Positions 44,101-54,542 are shown, numbered from the stretch's first letter. The stretch is 64,000 nucleotides of DNA from Trueperaceae bacterium (GCA_034521815.1 JAXHLW010000001.1:96001-160000), one strand, 5' to 3'. Notes: generated by a model not told the origin, from the sequence alone. Made by a program: numbers and translations.

Positions 44101-44806
44101 CGCCTTCGTGCAGCCCGTCCAGCCCGGCGGGGTACGTCCTGGCGCGCGCCTCGACGGACGCGAGCGCCCGCCGGGTCGCGAGCACGTCCAGCGCGGAGCG
44201 CAGCAGGGGAGCCGAGGCCGCCTGCGCTTGCGCACGCCCACGGCGCTCCTCCCAGTGAACGAGCTCCTGCTCGTCGGCCGCGAGAGCGTCCCGCTGCCTG
44301 CGCACCTTGCCCAGCGCTTCGCGGGCGCGCTCCAGCTCGCTTCGCAGCGGGGAGCCGTAGCGCGGACCCAGGCCGGCCAGCTCGCTCCGGGCGCGAGGAA
44401 GATCGACGCCGCCGGCCAGCTCGCTGGCCAGCCGGTCGGCGATCCTCAGGTCGGCACGTCCGAACCGGTGCAGGTCCTCGAGGTTCAAGAACAGCCCGTC
44501 CAGCAGGTGGCCGGCAGGCAGGGGCGGGGGATCTGCCGGCTCGCCGTCCCGCTCCCAGCGCACGGCGTCCCCGACCCGGGTCGCTCGCCATACCTGGCCG
44601 TCCCGGTCGTCGAAACGAGCCTCGACGTGCGCCCCTGCGCCACGCGAGGCCTCCGGGTCGACCAGGGTGCGGACGGCGTGGACCAGACGGCTCTTGCCCG
44701 ACGCGTTCGGTCCGACCACGAGGTTCGTCCCTGGCGCGAATCCACGCACCACGAACGGCTCGTCGACGCCCGGAAGCGCGTGGACGCGCAGCTCGACCAG
44801 CCTCAT
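41186..44806 (-). CDS. SMC/Rad50-like AAA ATPase (YhaN/SbcC-like) with long coiled coil
   Basis: GPNASGKS Walker A, LSSGTKAQL signature, LVLDEAL Walker B; central hydrophobic segment typical of YhaN. Confidence 0.85.
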   Translation of the reverse strand: MRLVELRVHALPGVDEPFVVRGFAPGTNLVVGPNASGKSRLVHAVRTLVDPEASRGAGAHVEARFDDRDGQVWRATRVGDAVRWERDGEPADPPPLPAGHLLDGLFLNLEDLHRFGRADLRIADRLASELAGGVDLPRARSELAGLGPRYGSPLRSELERAREALGKVRRQRDALAADEQELVHWEERRGRAQAQAASAPLLRSALDVLATRRALASVEARARTYPAGLDGLHEGVVQDADALADAVDRAVSEVGRQEAELDAADAQKAATGLEDGRPDAAQVASWQAAAEALADAERTVRDAERHAAERAGRVAALQEASGPDPLGAVVGPTPLELDELDAIADEAQRARSEARVARLALREIPPSPEPSVDPDRAHRAVDLLSDWLATPDARGRWRRRARSVAYLAAVVGAAGAAWLSLDALDLSSRAARLLILAGASAAVGVVLDAGAAAERHRARRARREARTSFADAVAEPPTVWTRAAVRARLAQAASDAAEARHAREAEAIRSARRVQLHAELEEAEIRSDRLERQLADRAARAGLHAGEAGRSALERARRAAELREAGQSLRGARQAEAAAIAHLQQARSRLDTELRAAGLAEILRAHGDEPTPATVPASATVRARLAQLAERVRRRDQAAARREAADRARARAHEELDRVRARRDELLAAMSDRPLDQVQHDPADAMRELRRRADRLPDWRRLRDERIRLEGVLDHHLAIVDADAGVRAQVEAGDETALRHALDEALAAADRADEATGAIAAIDERLARARRERDLTAARQVERQAHDALEHAYEQVLDGEAAAAVLDHLEHAFRSERRPAALQRAETWFARFTHHAFALAFDTTADGAERVHAVDRTDGRTDGRKRALDELSSGTKAQLLLALRLAHALEAEQGGPSLPLVLDEALTTSDVGRFAAVAEALTTLTRDEGRQVLYLSARRDDAVLWRELADRSEGRIEAPTVLDLAEIRGRQETTPTLGARPPAWREPPAPNGLDAVGYASVLGVPPVDPWRPERIHPLHLLHDRLDLVHALVRLRIVTIGALSSLLADGPQAERLLGTADLELLGARVTATRAWSRRWRIGRGRAVDRAALAASDAVSAAFLDRVAEIADASSGDAEALLAALARGEVKRFRDDAREALAAWLREHGYLDPRPASTPAERVLAVEHALHEASREGRRDDRAAHSGASATTLAAWLESGWLASDWLA

Positions 44807-46139
44807 GAGGTCTCCGACGATCGCTGAGCCAGCAGGTGGTCCAGCACCCGTGCCGCGGCCGCCTCGAGCCGCCCCACGATCTCGTCGTCGCTGGGCGCGG
44901 ACGCGTCGAGCGGGGCGAACGCGGCACGGTCGCGCACCTGGGTCAGGCGCGGCCGTGCGTCGTTCACGAGCGCCGACATCGCTGGCGAGGGTCCTCCCCG
45001 GAGGATCTGGAGCGTCCTGGCGGCGATCCCGATCGGGTCGCTCCCTTGGGCCAGACGGGCCAGGTCGACCGCCGGTCGAAGGCGGACGTCGACGTCGTGA
45101 ACGATGGCGTGCACGCCGCGGTGTTCGACGCGCAGCTCACGGGGATCCTGGCGCGCGAGATGCGAGCGCAACGCGTCCGGGTGCTCGACGCGGCCCGTGA
45201 GACGCAGCCGGACGGCGACCAGGCGCAGGACGGACGCCCTCCTCTGCGCGCTCCCGCCCGCATCCCCGCCCGCGCCCCGGGCGCGTCGCCTGGCGCATCG
45301 ACGAGGTCGGCCAGCCGGTCGCGCACCGCCCGGATCAGCCGGGGCGCGACCGTTTCGGGCGTCGCTCCAGCGAGGTCCACCTCCACCGTCTCGTACCGCA
45401 ACGGCGAGAGCGCACGGTGCTCGAAACGCAGCTCGCCGGCGTCCGTCGTCACGACCCAGGCGCCCCGGCGTCCCGCCTCGCCCGGATCGCAGGCCGAGAG
45501 CGAGCCCAGGTACCCCATGCGCGCTCCCTCGTCGAACCGTCCGGGCACGTGGACGTGGCCCAGCAGCCAGGCCGAGACGGGGATCGCCGACAGCTCGGAG
45601 CCGCGGACCGGCGCGTAGGGGCTGGCCGTCTGACCTACATCGGCGTGCAGCAGACCCAGGGTGGTGCTGGGCCCCGGCGCTCGCACGATCGCCGCGAGGC
45701 GGTCGTCCAGCGGCGACGCGTCGACCTGCTCGCTGGGAAACGACCAGCCCACGACGCGGACCGCGTTCGGGCCGCCTCCCACCGTCGTGGCCTCCCAGCG
45801 GCCGCCGTCGCCCAGGAGCCGCACGCCGGGGATCGTCTCGGCCAGCCGCGGCAGGACGCGCACGTCGTGGTTCCCGGCGACGGCGAGGACCGGGATTCCC
45901 GCTCCGACGAGCCGCCGGACGCCCTCCTCCAGGTCGGCGTACGCCTCGTACAGGTCGCGCGGATCGTCGACGACGTCGCCCGCGAGCAGCAACGCGTCGG
46001 CACCCTCGTGCACGCAAGCGTCCACGAGGGTGCGCCACGCCGCGGCGGGACCGAGCTCCGTGGGGTCGACGGCGAGGTCGGACGGGAGCCGGGAGGGAAC
46101 GCGTCCCAGGTGCAGGTCGGCGGCGCAGAACAGCTTCAT
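44803..46139 (-). CDS. Mre11/SbcD-like DNA repair metallophosphoesterase (YhaO-like); 1-bp frameshift at ~45250-45280
   Basis: ADLHLG, AGDVVD, GNHD, LGHVH motifs in ORF 44964..46196; C-terminus continues in frame 44803..46038 (VLRLVAVRLRLTGR...) and ends in an ATGA overlap with the ATPase. Confidence 0.82.
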
Positions 46140-46189
46140 CGACGCCCCGAGGCTACCGCGTGCGCGACGCGTCGGAAGCAGCGCCCCTC

Positions 46190-46224
46190 GCGCCACCGGG
46201 ATCCTGGCGCCACCGGGATCCTGG
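46190..46224. repeat. Perfect 17-bp direct repeat x2 (GCGCCACCGGGATCCTG), intergenic
   Basis: Read directly; lies upstream of the yhaO-like gene. Confidence 0.8.
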
Positions 46225-47349
46225 TCAGTCGACGCGGCCCCGGGTCGCGACCGGCAGGACCCGGGTCACCTCTCCGTCGCGGACCACGATCAGCCGATCG
46301 AAGAGGTTCACGACCGGGCAGACGTGGTTCGGAACGATGCGAACGCGCTGGCCCACGACCAGGTCCTCGGCATCGTCGCCCACGACGACGCCGTGCTCCT
46401 CCGACAGCCGCGCTATGACGCCGCCGGTCTCGAGCAGGACGCCGTGGCCGCGGGTGGCGCACACCCCCTCGGCCCGCGTGTCGGTGGTGAGGCTCTTGCT
46501 ACCGGCGTCCAGGATCGCGCGGGATCCGATGCGGGAGACCACGGTGGCCAGCACCTGGGCGGCGCAGTGGTGGAGTCCGCCCGCCAGGGCGGCCTGCGCG
46601 GCGTCGAAGAAGATCGAGGTGCCGGGCCGGATCTCGGTGATTCCGGGCGCCAGCGGGACGTCGGCCGCGAGGCTGGGCGTGGATCCCATCGACACGACCG
46701 GAGGCGCGTCGATGTCGGCGGCGAGCTTCTCGGCGAGGGCCGTCATCGTCGCCTGCGCCTCCCGGTGCCGTTCGGTCAGGGCGGTCACGTCGGCCGCGTC
46801 GTAGGTGTAGCCCTCGTAGGTGTAGAGACCCTCGAGGCGAAGCCCGGGAAGCTCTCGCCCCAAGGCCACGAGGGCGGGCACCGCTTCGGGCGGCTGACCG
46901 CCACGTCCGGCGCCGGTGTCGACCTCGACGCGGACGCGAAGCTCGACCCCTTCGTCGGTGGCGGCGGCGGACAGGGCGCGAAGCTGGTCGGGATGATCGG
47001 CGCCGATCGCGAACCGGACGCGGGCCGCGAGCCTCGCCGCGCGGCGAGCGTTCTCGGCTCCGAACGTCGTGTTCGCCATGACCAGGTCGTCGATGCCGGC
47101 GGCGGCGAACGTCTCGGCCTCGCCCAGCTTGGCGACGCAGATGCCGACCGCGCCCCGGGCGATCTGCTCGCGGGCCAGCGCGGGGCTCTTGTGGGTCTTC
47201 GCGTGGGGCCGGAGGGCGACGTCGTTGGCGTCGGCGTACGCCTGAGCGCGATCCAGGTTGGCGTCGAGCCGGCCCTCGTCGACGATCGCCGCGGGGGTCG
47301 GGATCGCGCTCAGAGGCGTGCCGGCGGCGATTCGAGACGGGGTGGACAT
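46225..47349 (-). CDS. PLP-dependent fold III enzyme (D-threonine aldolase / D-serine dehydratase family)
   Basis: LRPHAKTHK, SMGSTP, TEIRPG, DAGSKSL, LSEEHG, PNHVCPVVN. Confidence 0.9.
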   Translation of the reverse strand: MSTPSRIAAGTPLSAIPTPAAIVDEGRLDANLDRAQAYADANDVALRPHAKTHKSPALAREQIARGAVGICVAKLGEAETFAAAGIDDLVMANTTFGAENARRAARLAARVRFAIGADHPDQLRALSAAATDEGVELRVRVEVDTGAGRGGQPPEAVPALVALGRELPGLRLEGLYTYEGYTYDAADVTALTERHREAQATMTALAEKLAADIDAPPVVSMGSTPSLAADVPLAPGITEIRPGTSIFFDAAQAALAGGLHHCAAQVLATVVSRIGSRAILDAGSKSLTTDTRAEGVCATRGHGVLLETGGVIARLSEEHGVVVGDDAEDLVVGQRVRIVPNHVCPVVNLFDRLIVVRDGEVTRVLPVATRGRVD

Positions 47350-47464
47350 GAAGCGAATCTACCAGCGCTCCTGCCGGTCCGGCGAGACCCTCGGCGGACG
47401 GACGCAATCGGTAGGCTGGTGCCGTGTCTTGCCGCGATCGGTCGCGACCCTTTGGAGGATCCAC

Positions 47465-50199
47465 GTGAGCTCGCCCCGCATCGTGCGGGTCGGTCCGCGC
47501 GTTCCTCGCCGCGACGACGTGCCGGGCGGCGCCGTCGTCCTGACCCCGTCGCGGCGAGCCGCGGCCGCCCTGGGGACGCCGTACGCCTCGCTGCACGGAG
47601 CGGCGACCGAGGACCTGAACCGGGCAGGCTGGAGCGTGGCCGCGCCGCTGCGCTGCTGGCGGGCGCTGGGCACAGCGGTGCGCGAGGTGGTCGGCGACGA
47701 CGACGCGGTCGCTTGGCGGCGGGCCCTGGCCGCTCCGGTGCGCGAGCTGCTCCGTCTGGGGGCCGTCCACGACGACCCGGACGGAACTGCGCCGCCCGGC
47801 CTGTCGCTGGCGTCGCGTCGGGCGTGGCGGGTCGCCGCCGGCTATCACGCGCTGCTGGCGAGCGAGGCGCAGGTGGACCCTGTCGCCGTGCTGGACTGGG
47901 CGTCACGGACGGCGCGCGCTCCACGCCGGACGCCCTGGGCGGTGATGGGCTTCGCCGACCTGGAGCCGGCGGCGTGCCGCTACCTGGACGCGGTGGCGGC
48001 GCCGGGCACGCTGGTGACGCTTCCGCCCGACGCGACCTTCGCCGCGAGCCGGCTCACGGCGCTGGGCTGGACGGCACGCAGGGACGAGCGGCCCCCGGAG
48101 AGCAGCGGCGAGCGTTGGGCGGCGCGCTTTCTGGGCACCCTGGCGCCGGAAGCGACGGGTGGCGCGGAGGGGGAGGCGAGCTCGCCCCGTGACGAGGAAG
48201 GGGAGGACGCCCCGGCCGCGTTCGCCTTCGCGTCGGCCGACGACGAGGCCCGCTGGGTGCTGGCCCGCGTGCAGCGTCTGCTGGCGCAGGGAACGCCGCC
48301 GGCCGAGCTGCTGATCGTGGTGGCCGATCCCCCCGGCGCGGCCGCGCGCCTGGACGCCGTCGCCTGGGAGCTGGGCGTCCCGCTGCGCATCGACCGGCCC
48401 GTCCCGCTCTCGGCGACGGCGGTCGGCGGCGTGGTGGCCCTGATGGGCGAGGTCGTCGCGCGCAGCGCACCGTACGAGGCGACGGCGCGGCTGCTGCGCC
48501 ACCGCCTGGTCGGCGGCCTGGACGACGAGGCGTGGACGCGGGCGCGAGCGGTCCGGCCCGCCGGAACGGCCGCCTGGTCGAGAATCGATCCCCGAACCGC
48601 CGAGCTGGCCTGGCCCGAGCGCGCTACGCGCGCCGAGCTGGGCGAGCGCTTCCAGCGGACGCTGAGCGTCCTGGGCCTGCCGCGTGAAGGTCTGGCGCCG
48701 CCCGCCGCGGCGACCGTCGGTCTGGTGCTGCGAGGCGTCCAGGAGGCGTGCAGCCCGGCCGCCGAGGTCGTGACCCGGCGGGCGTTCCTGGATGACGTGA
48801 ACGATCTGCTGACGCTGCTGACCGTGCGTCCTCCACCGGCCGTGCCCGCGCCGCGCGGGCGCGCCGTCGAGGTGGTGGCCCCGCGAGCGGCGGCCGGCGC
48901 CCGCGTCCGTCACCTCTTCGTGCTGGGCCTGAACGAGGGGGCTCTTCCTGCCGACCTGCGCGACGACGCGGTGCTGGACTTCGTGGACCGGGGTCGGGCG
49001 CGCCAGGCGGGGCTCGACCTCCCGGACGCGGCGCAGCGGGCGCAGGCCGAGGTGGGCGCGTTCGCGGCGACGCTGCGGACGGCGGAGGGCGAGGCGGTTC
49101 TCGGCGTTCCGGGCCGTGGCGGGGGAGCGACGCTGCTGCCCAGCCCGTTCCTGGCTCGCCTCGGCGTTCGTCCGTCGCGTCCACCGGATCGCGCGCCCGC
49201 CAGTCTGGAGGAGGCTCGCCGCAGCTGGCTGCAGAGCGCCGAACCGCCGGCCGGAGACGAGGAGGTGTGGGCCCACGCCCGGCGATCGTGGTCGGTCGAG
49301 CTGACGCGCGAAGGCGCCGGCGCTCCGGGTGTGCACGACGGGGTGACGGGGCGACCTTCGGACGCTTCCGAGCACACCTTCAGCGCCACCAGTCTGGTGG
49401 ACCTGGGGCAGTGCCCGTTCCGTTGGTTCGGCCGCTACCGCCTCCATCTTCGCGACGTCGAGGAGGCGGACGAGCTGGTGACCCCGATGCTTCGTGGGCG
49501 GCTTTGGCACGCCGCGCTGGAGCGGGCGGTCGCGCGTGCCGGCGCCGGGGAGGGCAGGGCGTCACGCGACGCCGTGCTGGCCGTTCTGGACGACGCGTTC
49601 GCCGAGGCCGAGAGGCTGGTGGGGGTGCCGGACCCGGACGGTCCGGCCTGGGGTCGCGTCCGCGGCGGCGAGCTGCGGGCGCTGCAGCGACTGGTGAGAT
49701 CCGACGCGTTCGTGACGGCGGGGCTGGTGCCGGTCGAGGTCGAGCGGCCGTTCACCGCGACGTGGCGCGGCCTGCCCGTCCGCGGCGTCGTCGACCGCGT
49801 CGACGAAGGACCCGGCGGCGTCGAGCTGATCGACTACAAGTCCGGCACCAGCGCGCCGAAGGGCGCGCAACGCGCCTCCGGGCGGGGCTGGATCGACGTT
49901 CAGCTGCCGCTGTACCTCGAGGCCGCCGCTCCCCAGCTCGGACGGGAGGGGGCGCCCGCGACCGCCCGCTACCTGTCGGTCCGGGCCGCTGCCACGCTCA
50001 AGTCGGTGACGCCGGGGAGAACGACGCCGACCTGGACGAGCTGGCCTCGCGGGTGCGCCACCACCTGGCGGAGGGCGACTACCGCCTGGCGCCGGATGCG
50101 CGCCGCGAGGTGTGCAGGACGTGCGAGCTGGGGCTCGTCTGCCGCGTGGGGCCGCGTATCGAGCGCAAGCGGGACGCCGCCGCCGCGGAGGCGCCGTGA
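47465..50199 (+). CDS. AddB-like inactive helicase / PD-(D/E)XK nuclease with Fe-S cysteines; 1-bp frameshift at GGGG 50014-50017
   Basis: FSATSL..QCPFRWF, RGVVDRVD, LIDYKSG, QLPLY; remaining three Cys (CRTC...C) lie in the shifted frame ending at 50199, overlapping the next start. Confidence 0.82.
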
Positions 50200-53141
50200 G
50201 CCTCACCGACCGTCAGCGACGCGCGGTCGATGCGCTCTCGGGGGTCGCGATCGTGGCCGGTGCGGGGACGGGCAAGACGCACACCGTGGGCCACCGCTAC
50301 CTGGCGCATCTCGAGGCGGGCCTCTCGCCGCTGTCCATCGTGGCGGTCACCTTCACCGAGCGCGCCGCGCACGAGCTCCGCGCCCGGGTCCGCGCCTACG
50401 CCGGGGAGCGGCTGGACCGCCACGATCCGAGGCTGGCCGAGCTCGAGGCGGCCACGATCGGCACCGTCCACGCGCTCTGCCTGCGCATCTGCCGCGATCA
50501 CCCCGAGGCGGCCGGCGTGCCGCCCGACGTCCGCATCCTGGACCCGCTCGAGGGGACCGTGTGGACGGCGGAGCGGCTCGAGAGCGCCCTCCAGCGGCTG
50601 CCTCCGGAGCTGTTCGACGCTTTGCCGTACGAGCGGGTCCGGGAGCTGCTCGCGGCGTTGCTGGACGACCCCTGGCAGGCCGAGCGCGCGCTGGGGCACG
50701 GTCCCGAGAGCTGGCCGGCCCGGGTCGAGGAGGCCCGCCGCGAGGCGTTCGCGGCGTGGCTGGCGTCGCCGGCCGCCGTCGCGGCCCGGACCACGTTGGC
50801 CGGGCTGTCCGGTCCGCCCGCCGACGCAGGCGACGCTGGCGAGGCGGCGCGAGCGGCGGTGCTCGCGGCGTTCGACGCGGCCGAGGCGGGGGACGAGGAC
50901 CGCGTCAGCGAGCTGCTGCACGGCCGGCGGCCCAACGTCGGTGCGCGCAAGGCGTGGGGCGGCGATCAGGACACGCTCAGGGGGGCGCTCGGCGTCGCGC
51001 TCGGCGCGCTGCGCGGCTGGCGCCACGATCCGCTGGCCACCCTGCGGCTGGGCCCCGCCGACGAGACGCTCGCGGCCTTGCTGCCGGAGATCCGCGCAGG
51101 CTTCGCGGCGGCCCGCGCCGAGCTGGACGCCGCCAAGCGGCGCCAGGCGGTTCTCGATTTCGCGGACGTCGAGGTGGGCGCGCTCCGTGCCCTGCAGCGG
51201 CCCGAGGTGGTGTCGCACTATCGCGAGCGCTGGTCGGTGCTGCTGGTGGACGAGGTGCAGGACACGAGCCCCGTCCAAGAAGCGATTCTCTCGGTATTGT
51301 CCGGCTTCTGTACGACGACGCTGGTCGGCGACGCCAAGCAGGCGATCTACGGCTTCCGGGGCGCCGACGCCGCCGTGTTCCGTCGCATGACCGACCGGGT
51401 GGTCGCCGGAGGCGGAGAAGCCGTGGTACTGGACCGCAGCTTCCGGACGCATCAGCCGCTGGTCGACGCCGGGAACCGGACGTTCGAGGTGATGTTGGGC
51501 CCCGATCACGAGCCGCTCGGGTCCGCCATCGCCCAGGCGCCGCAGGCGGAGCCGTCGCTGCGCCGCTGGACGCTGGAGGCGCCGAAGGGGACGCCGACCG
51601 GCGTCCTCCGCCTGGCCGAGGCGCACCGCATCGCCGACGAGATCCTGGACCGGCTCGCGGCCGCCACGCCGGTCCGCGACGACGGCGCCGAGGGCGGAAC
51701 GCGCCCGCTCAGGCCGGGAGACGTCGCGGTTCTGGCGCGTACCTGGGCGCCACTGGACCTGCTGGCCGAGATCCTTCCTGCCCGGGGCGTGCCGGCCGTC
51801 CACACGGGGGGCGGCGATCTTCTGGCCACCCGCGAAGCCCAGGACGGCATGGCCGCGCTCAGGTTCTTGGCCGATCCGAACGACGACGTGGCGTTGGTGG
51901 CGCTGCTTCGGGGTCCGTGCTTCTCGGCGTCGGACGCCGATCTGGAGGCGTTCGCGCAGTCGTCGCTGGTCGTCCCGGACGGGGGCGACCGCCGGCCGCC
52001 GTGGTGGTCCGCTCTGTCGGAGCTCCGGCCGCGCTGGGCGGTGCCGGCGGTCGACGTGCTGGACGAGCTGCGTCGTGCGGCAGCGTACGAGCCGCCGGGC
52101 CGTCTGCTGCAGCTTCTCGACCGCGCGACCGGCTGGAGCGCCGTGGTCGCGAACCTGCCCGGCGGTCCGCGCAGGCTCGCCGATCTGGACGGCTTCGCGG
52201 ACCGGGTGCGTGAGCTCGAGCGTGCGGGCCGCGACGTGTTCGGCGTCGTCCGCCGGCTTCGGCGCCTGCTTCGCGCCGGCGTGGAGGTCGAGCGACCGGC
52301 GCTGGAGGCCGAGGACGCCGTGACCCTGACGACGATCCACCGAAGCAAGGGGCTCGAGTGGCCGTTCGTGATCGTTGCGGCGCTGGACGCGCGCGGGCGG
52401 CCCGGCGGAGAGCGGGTCCGCATCGATCCGGAGGTGGGCGTCGGCGTGCGCGTCGAGGGCGAGGACGACCGGAACGCCCGGCCGGCGATCTGGACGCTTC
52501 TGGACGCGCGCGCCCAGGCGGCTGCCGCTGCGGAGGATCGACGCCTTCTCTACGTGGCCCTGACGCGGGCCGCGGATCAGGTCGCCGTCTCGGACGCCGG
52601 GGGCGGAGGGCCGTTCGTTCAGATCGTCGCGCCGGCGCTCGAGGCGGCCGGCGTGGCGACGGAGCTCGTCGAGGTCGATCCGGCCGAGGTCGGCTGGCCA
52701 AGCCCGCCGCTTCCGCGTCCGGGCGGGCTCGCGTCGTCCGCGGCGGATGGCCCGGGCCCCGCTTCGGTGGCCACGCCTGGCGAGGTCGCGTCCGTCGACG
52801 TCGCGTCCGTCGACGTCGCCGAGGAGCTCGCCTGGGAGGCGGCGCTATGGCGGGTCGAGGCGATCGCGCCCGAAGCCGCAGACCTGCTGCGCCGTGTGCG
52901 TGACGCCGGGGTCCGTGCTCCGGCTCCCGTCGCGACGGTCGACGATGCGACGTGGCTGGCGCGCTGGGTGCACGGCCCGACCGAGATCCGGCTGCTGGAG
53001 CCGGGGGTGCGGGACGGTCCGGGCGGGGACGGTCCTAGCGGCGGTTCGGACGGCGCCAGGTCGACCGTCGACGTCTCGCCGTCCGATCCCGAGGCGGCCT
53101 ACCGGCGACTGCTCGGGCTGCTTCGGGCCCCCGCGGGCTAG
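50196..53141 (+). CDS. UvrD/AddA-like ATP-dependent helicase
   Basis: AGAGTGKT, TFTERAA, VDEVQDT, GDAKQAIYGFRGA, TIHRSKGLEW, LYVALTRA; GTG 50196 overlaps the addB-like stop. Confidence 0.9.
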   Translation: MSLTDRQRRAVDALSGVAIVAGAGTGKTHTVGHRYLAHLEAGLSPLSIVAVTFTERAAHELRARVRAYAGERLDRHDPRLAELEAATIGTVHALCLRICRDHPEAAGVPPDVRILDPLEGTVWTAERLESALQRLPPELFDALPYERVRELLAALLDDPWQAERALGHGPESWPARVEEARREAFAAWLASPAAVAARTTLAGLSGPPADAGDAGEAARAAVLAAFDAAEAGDEDRVSELLHGRRPNVGARKAWGGDQDTLRGALGVALGALRGWRHDPLATLRLGPADETLAALLPEIRAGFAAARAELDAAKRRQAVLDFADVEVGALRALQRPEVVSHYRERWSVLLVDEVQDTSPVQEAILSVLSGFCTTTLVGDAKQAIYGFRGADAAVFRRMTDRVVAGGGEAVVLDRSFRTHQPLVDAGNRTFEVMLGPDHEPLGSAIAQAPQAEPSLRRWTLEAPKGTPTGVLRLAEAHRIADEILDRLAAATPVRDDGAEGGTRPLRPGDVAVLARTWAPLDLLAEILPARGVPAVHTGGGDLLATREAQDGMAALRFLADPNDDVALVALLRGPCFSASDADLEAFAQSSLVVPDGGDRRPPWWSALSELRPRWAVPAVDVLDELRRAAAYEPPGRLLQLLDRATGWSAVVANLPGGPRRLADLDGFADRVRELERAGRDVFGVVRRLRRLLRAGVEVERPALEAEDAVTLTTIHRSKGLEWPFVIVAALDARGRPGGERVRIDPEVGVGVRVEGEDDRNARPAIWTLLDARAQAAAAAEDRRLLYVALTRAADQVAVSDAGGGGPFVQIVAPALEAAGVATELVEVDPAEVGWPSPPLPRPGGLASSAADGPGPASVATPGEVASVDVASVDVAEELAWEAALWRVEAIAPEAADLLRRVRDAGVRAPAPVATVDDATWLARWVHGPTEIRLLEPGVRDGPGGDGPSGGSDGARSTVDVSPSDPEAAYRRLLGLLRAPAG

Positions 53142-53173
53142 GCTGGCGCCATGAGACACGTGGGCGGCGGGCG

Positions 53174-53935
53174 ATGAGCGCGACGGGCGACGAGTCGGAG
53201 CCGGACGTGCGTCAGCGACGGTCGTGGGAGGTCAACGCGGACGCCTGGACCGAGGCGATTCGTGGCGGCGCCGTGGCCAGCCGTGAGGCCGGCACGAACG
53301 CCGCGGTGCTGAACGCGGTCCGAGCCTGTGGGCCGGCGAGCGTCCTGGACGTCGGATGCGGCGAGGGCTGGCTGGCTCACGCCCTCGCCCGCAGGGGCGC
53401 CAGCGTGGTCGGCATCGACGGGTCCGAGGGATTGATCCGGGCCGCGTCCGACGGACCGGGCCGCTTCCTGGTCGCGGACTACCGGTCGCTGGCCGACGAC
53501 CCGACGATCGTGCCCGGACCGTTCGACGTGGTGGTCTGCAACTTTTCGCTGCTGGACGAGGACGTGGTGCCGCTGTTGCGGGCGTTGCGTCGCCGTCTCG
53601 CACCGACGCGTGGGCGGCTGGTCGTCCAGACGCTCCATCCGTGGGCCGCGAACGGCGACGCTCCCTACCTCGACGGTTGGCGTGTCGAGCGGTTCGACGC
53701 CTTCGGGAGCGCGTTCCCCGCCGCCATGCCGTGGTACTTCCGCACCTTGGGCTCGTGGTGGCGCACGCTCGGGGAGGCGGACCTCGAGGTGGTCCGGATC
53801 GAGGAGCCCGGCGTGCCTGGAGGCGACCCGTCCGGCCCAGGTGCGCCTCTGTCGCTTCTTATCGTTGCTCGGGGTCACCTAGGGGGTCGCCGTCCCAGAG
53901 GACGTGCAGCTAGCTTCAGCCAGCCTCTGGCGTGA
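53174..53935 (+). CDS. Class I SAM-dependent methyltransferase
   Basis: VLDVGCGEGW, VGIDGS, FDVVVCNFSL, MPWYFRT. Confidence 0.85.
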   Translation: MSATGDESEPDVRQRRSWEVNADAWTEAIRGGAVASREAGTNAAVLNAVRACGPASVLDVGCGEGWLAHALARRGASVVGIDGSEGLIRAASDGPGRFLVADYRSLADDPTIVPGPFDVVVCNFSLLDEDVVPLLRALRRRLAPTRGRLVVQTLHPWAANGDAPYLDGWRVERFDAFGSAFPAAMPWYFRTLGSWWRTLGEADLEVVRIEEPGVPGGDPSGPGAPLSLLIVARGHLGGRRPRGRAASFSQPLA

Positions 53936-54542
53936 CTTCGCTTCCCCAGAGCGCCTCGGGCGGAAGGTCCGCCTTGGAGGTCCGCCAGTACGCGCCTCCG
54001 CCACCTTCGCGCGCCATGAGCCCCTCGTCGACCAAGCCTCGCCGCAGACGTGCGGTGTCCTCGTGGAGCGCCGCGAGCGTCTCGTTCACCGCCTGCTCCG
54101 AGTAGCGCCGGTCGGGCTCGAAGCGCTCGACCGCCCAGCGGAGAAGCACGAGCTGCTTCTTGCGCTGCGACGGAAACGCTTCGATCCGACCGTCGGTCAC
54201 GAAGGTCGCGAGGACCTTGCGCTCGTACGCGTCGGCGCCGGTTCCGGCGCTGAGGCGTGGAAGGGTCTCGTGGGTCAGCAGCTCACGAGCCGTGGCCTGA
54301 AGGTGGTCGAGGTTGAGCTCGTAGATACGCTGATGCGAGCGGCCGTGGGAGCGTACCAGCCCGGCACCCGACAGGACTCTCAGGTGATGGCTGACGGTGG
54401 GGCTCTCGAGCCCGAGGTGCGCAGCGAGGTCCTCGACCGCCCGTCCCCCGTCGGCGAGCAGCCCGACGATCTTCAGGCGGCTCTCGTCGGCCAGAGCCTT
54501 GAAGAAACGGACGAGGATGGCCCGCTCATCGGGCTCGGTCAT
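53916..54542 (-). CDS. ArsR/SmtB-family regulator with C-terminal DUF2087
   Basis: FKALADESRLKI, TVSHHL..L..AGLV HTH; FPSQRKK, YSEQAVN, DTARLRRGLVD. Confidence 0.88.
   Translation of the reverse strand: MTEPDERAILVRFFKALADESRLKIVGLLADGGRAVEDLAAHLGLESPTVSHHLRVLSGAGLVRSHGRSHQRIYELNLDHLQATARELLTHETLPRLSAGTGADAYERKVLATFVTDGRIEAFPSQRKKQLVLLRWAVERFEPDRRYSEQAVNETLAALHEDTARLRRGLVDEGLMAREGGGGAYWRTSKADLPPEALWGSEVTPEAG

Noticed and set aside
47258-52213. Apparent 1651-aa AddB-AddA fusion
   Set aside because: After ~50017 it is off-frame sequence caused by a 1-bp frameshift; the helicase is a separate gene from 50196
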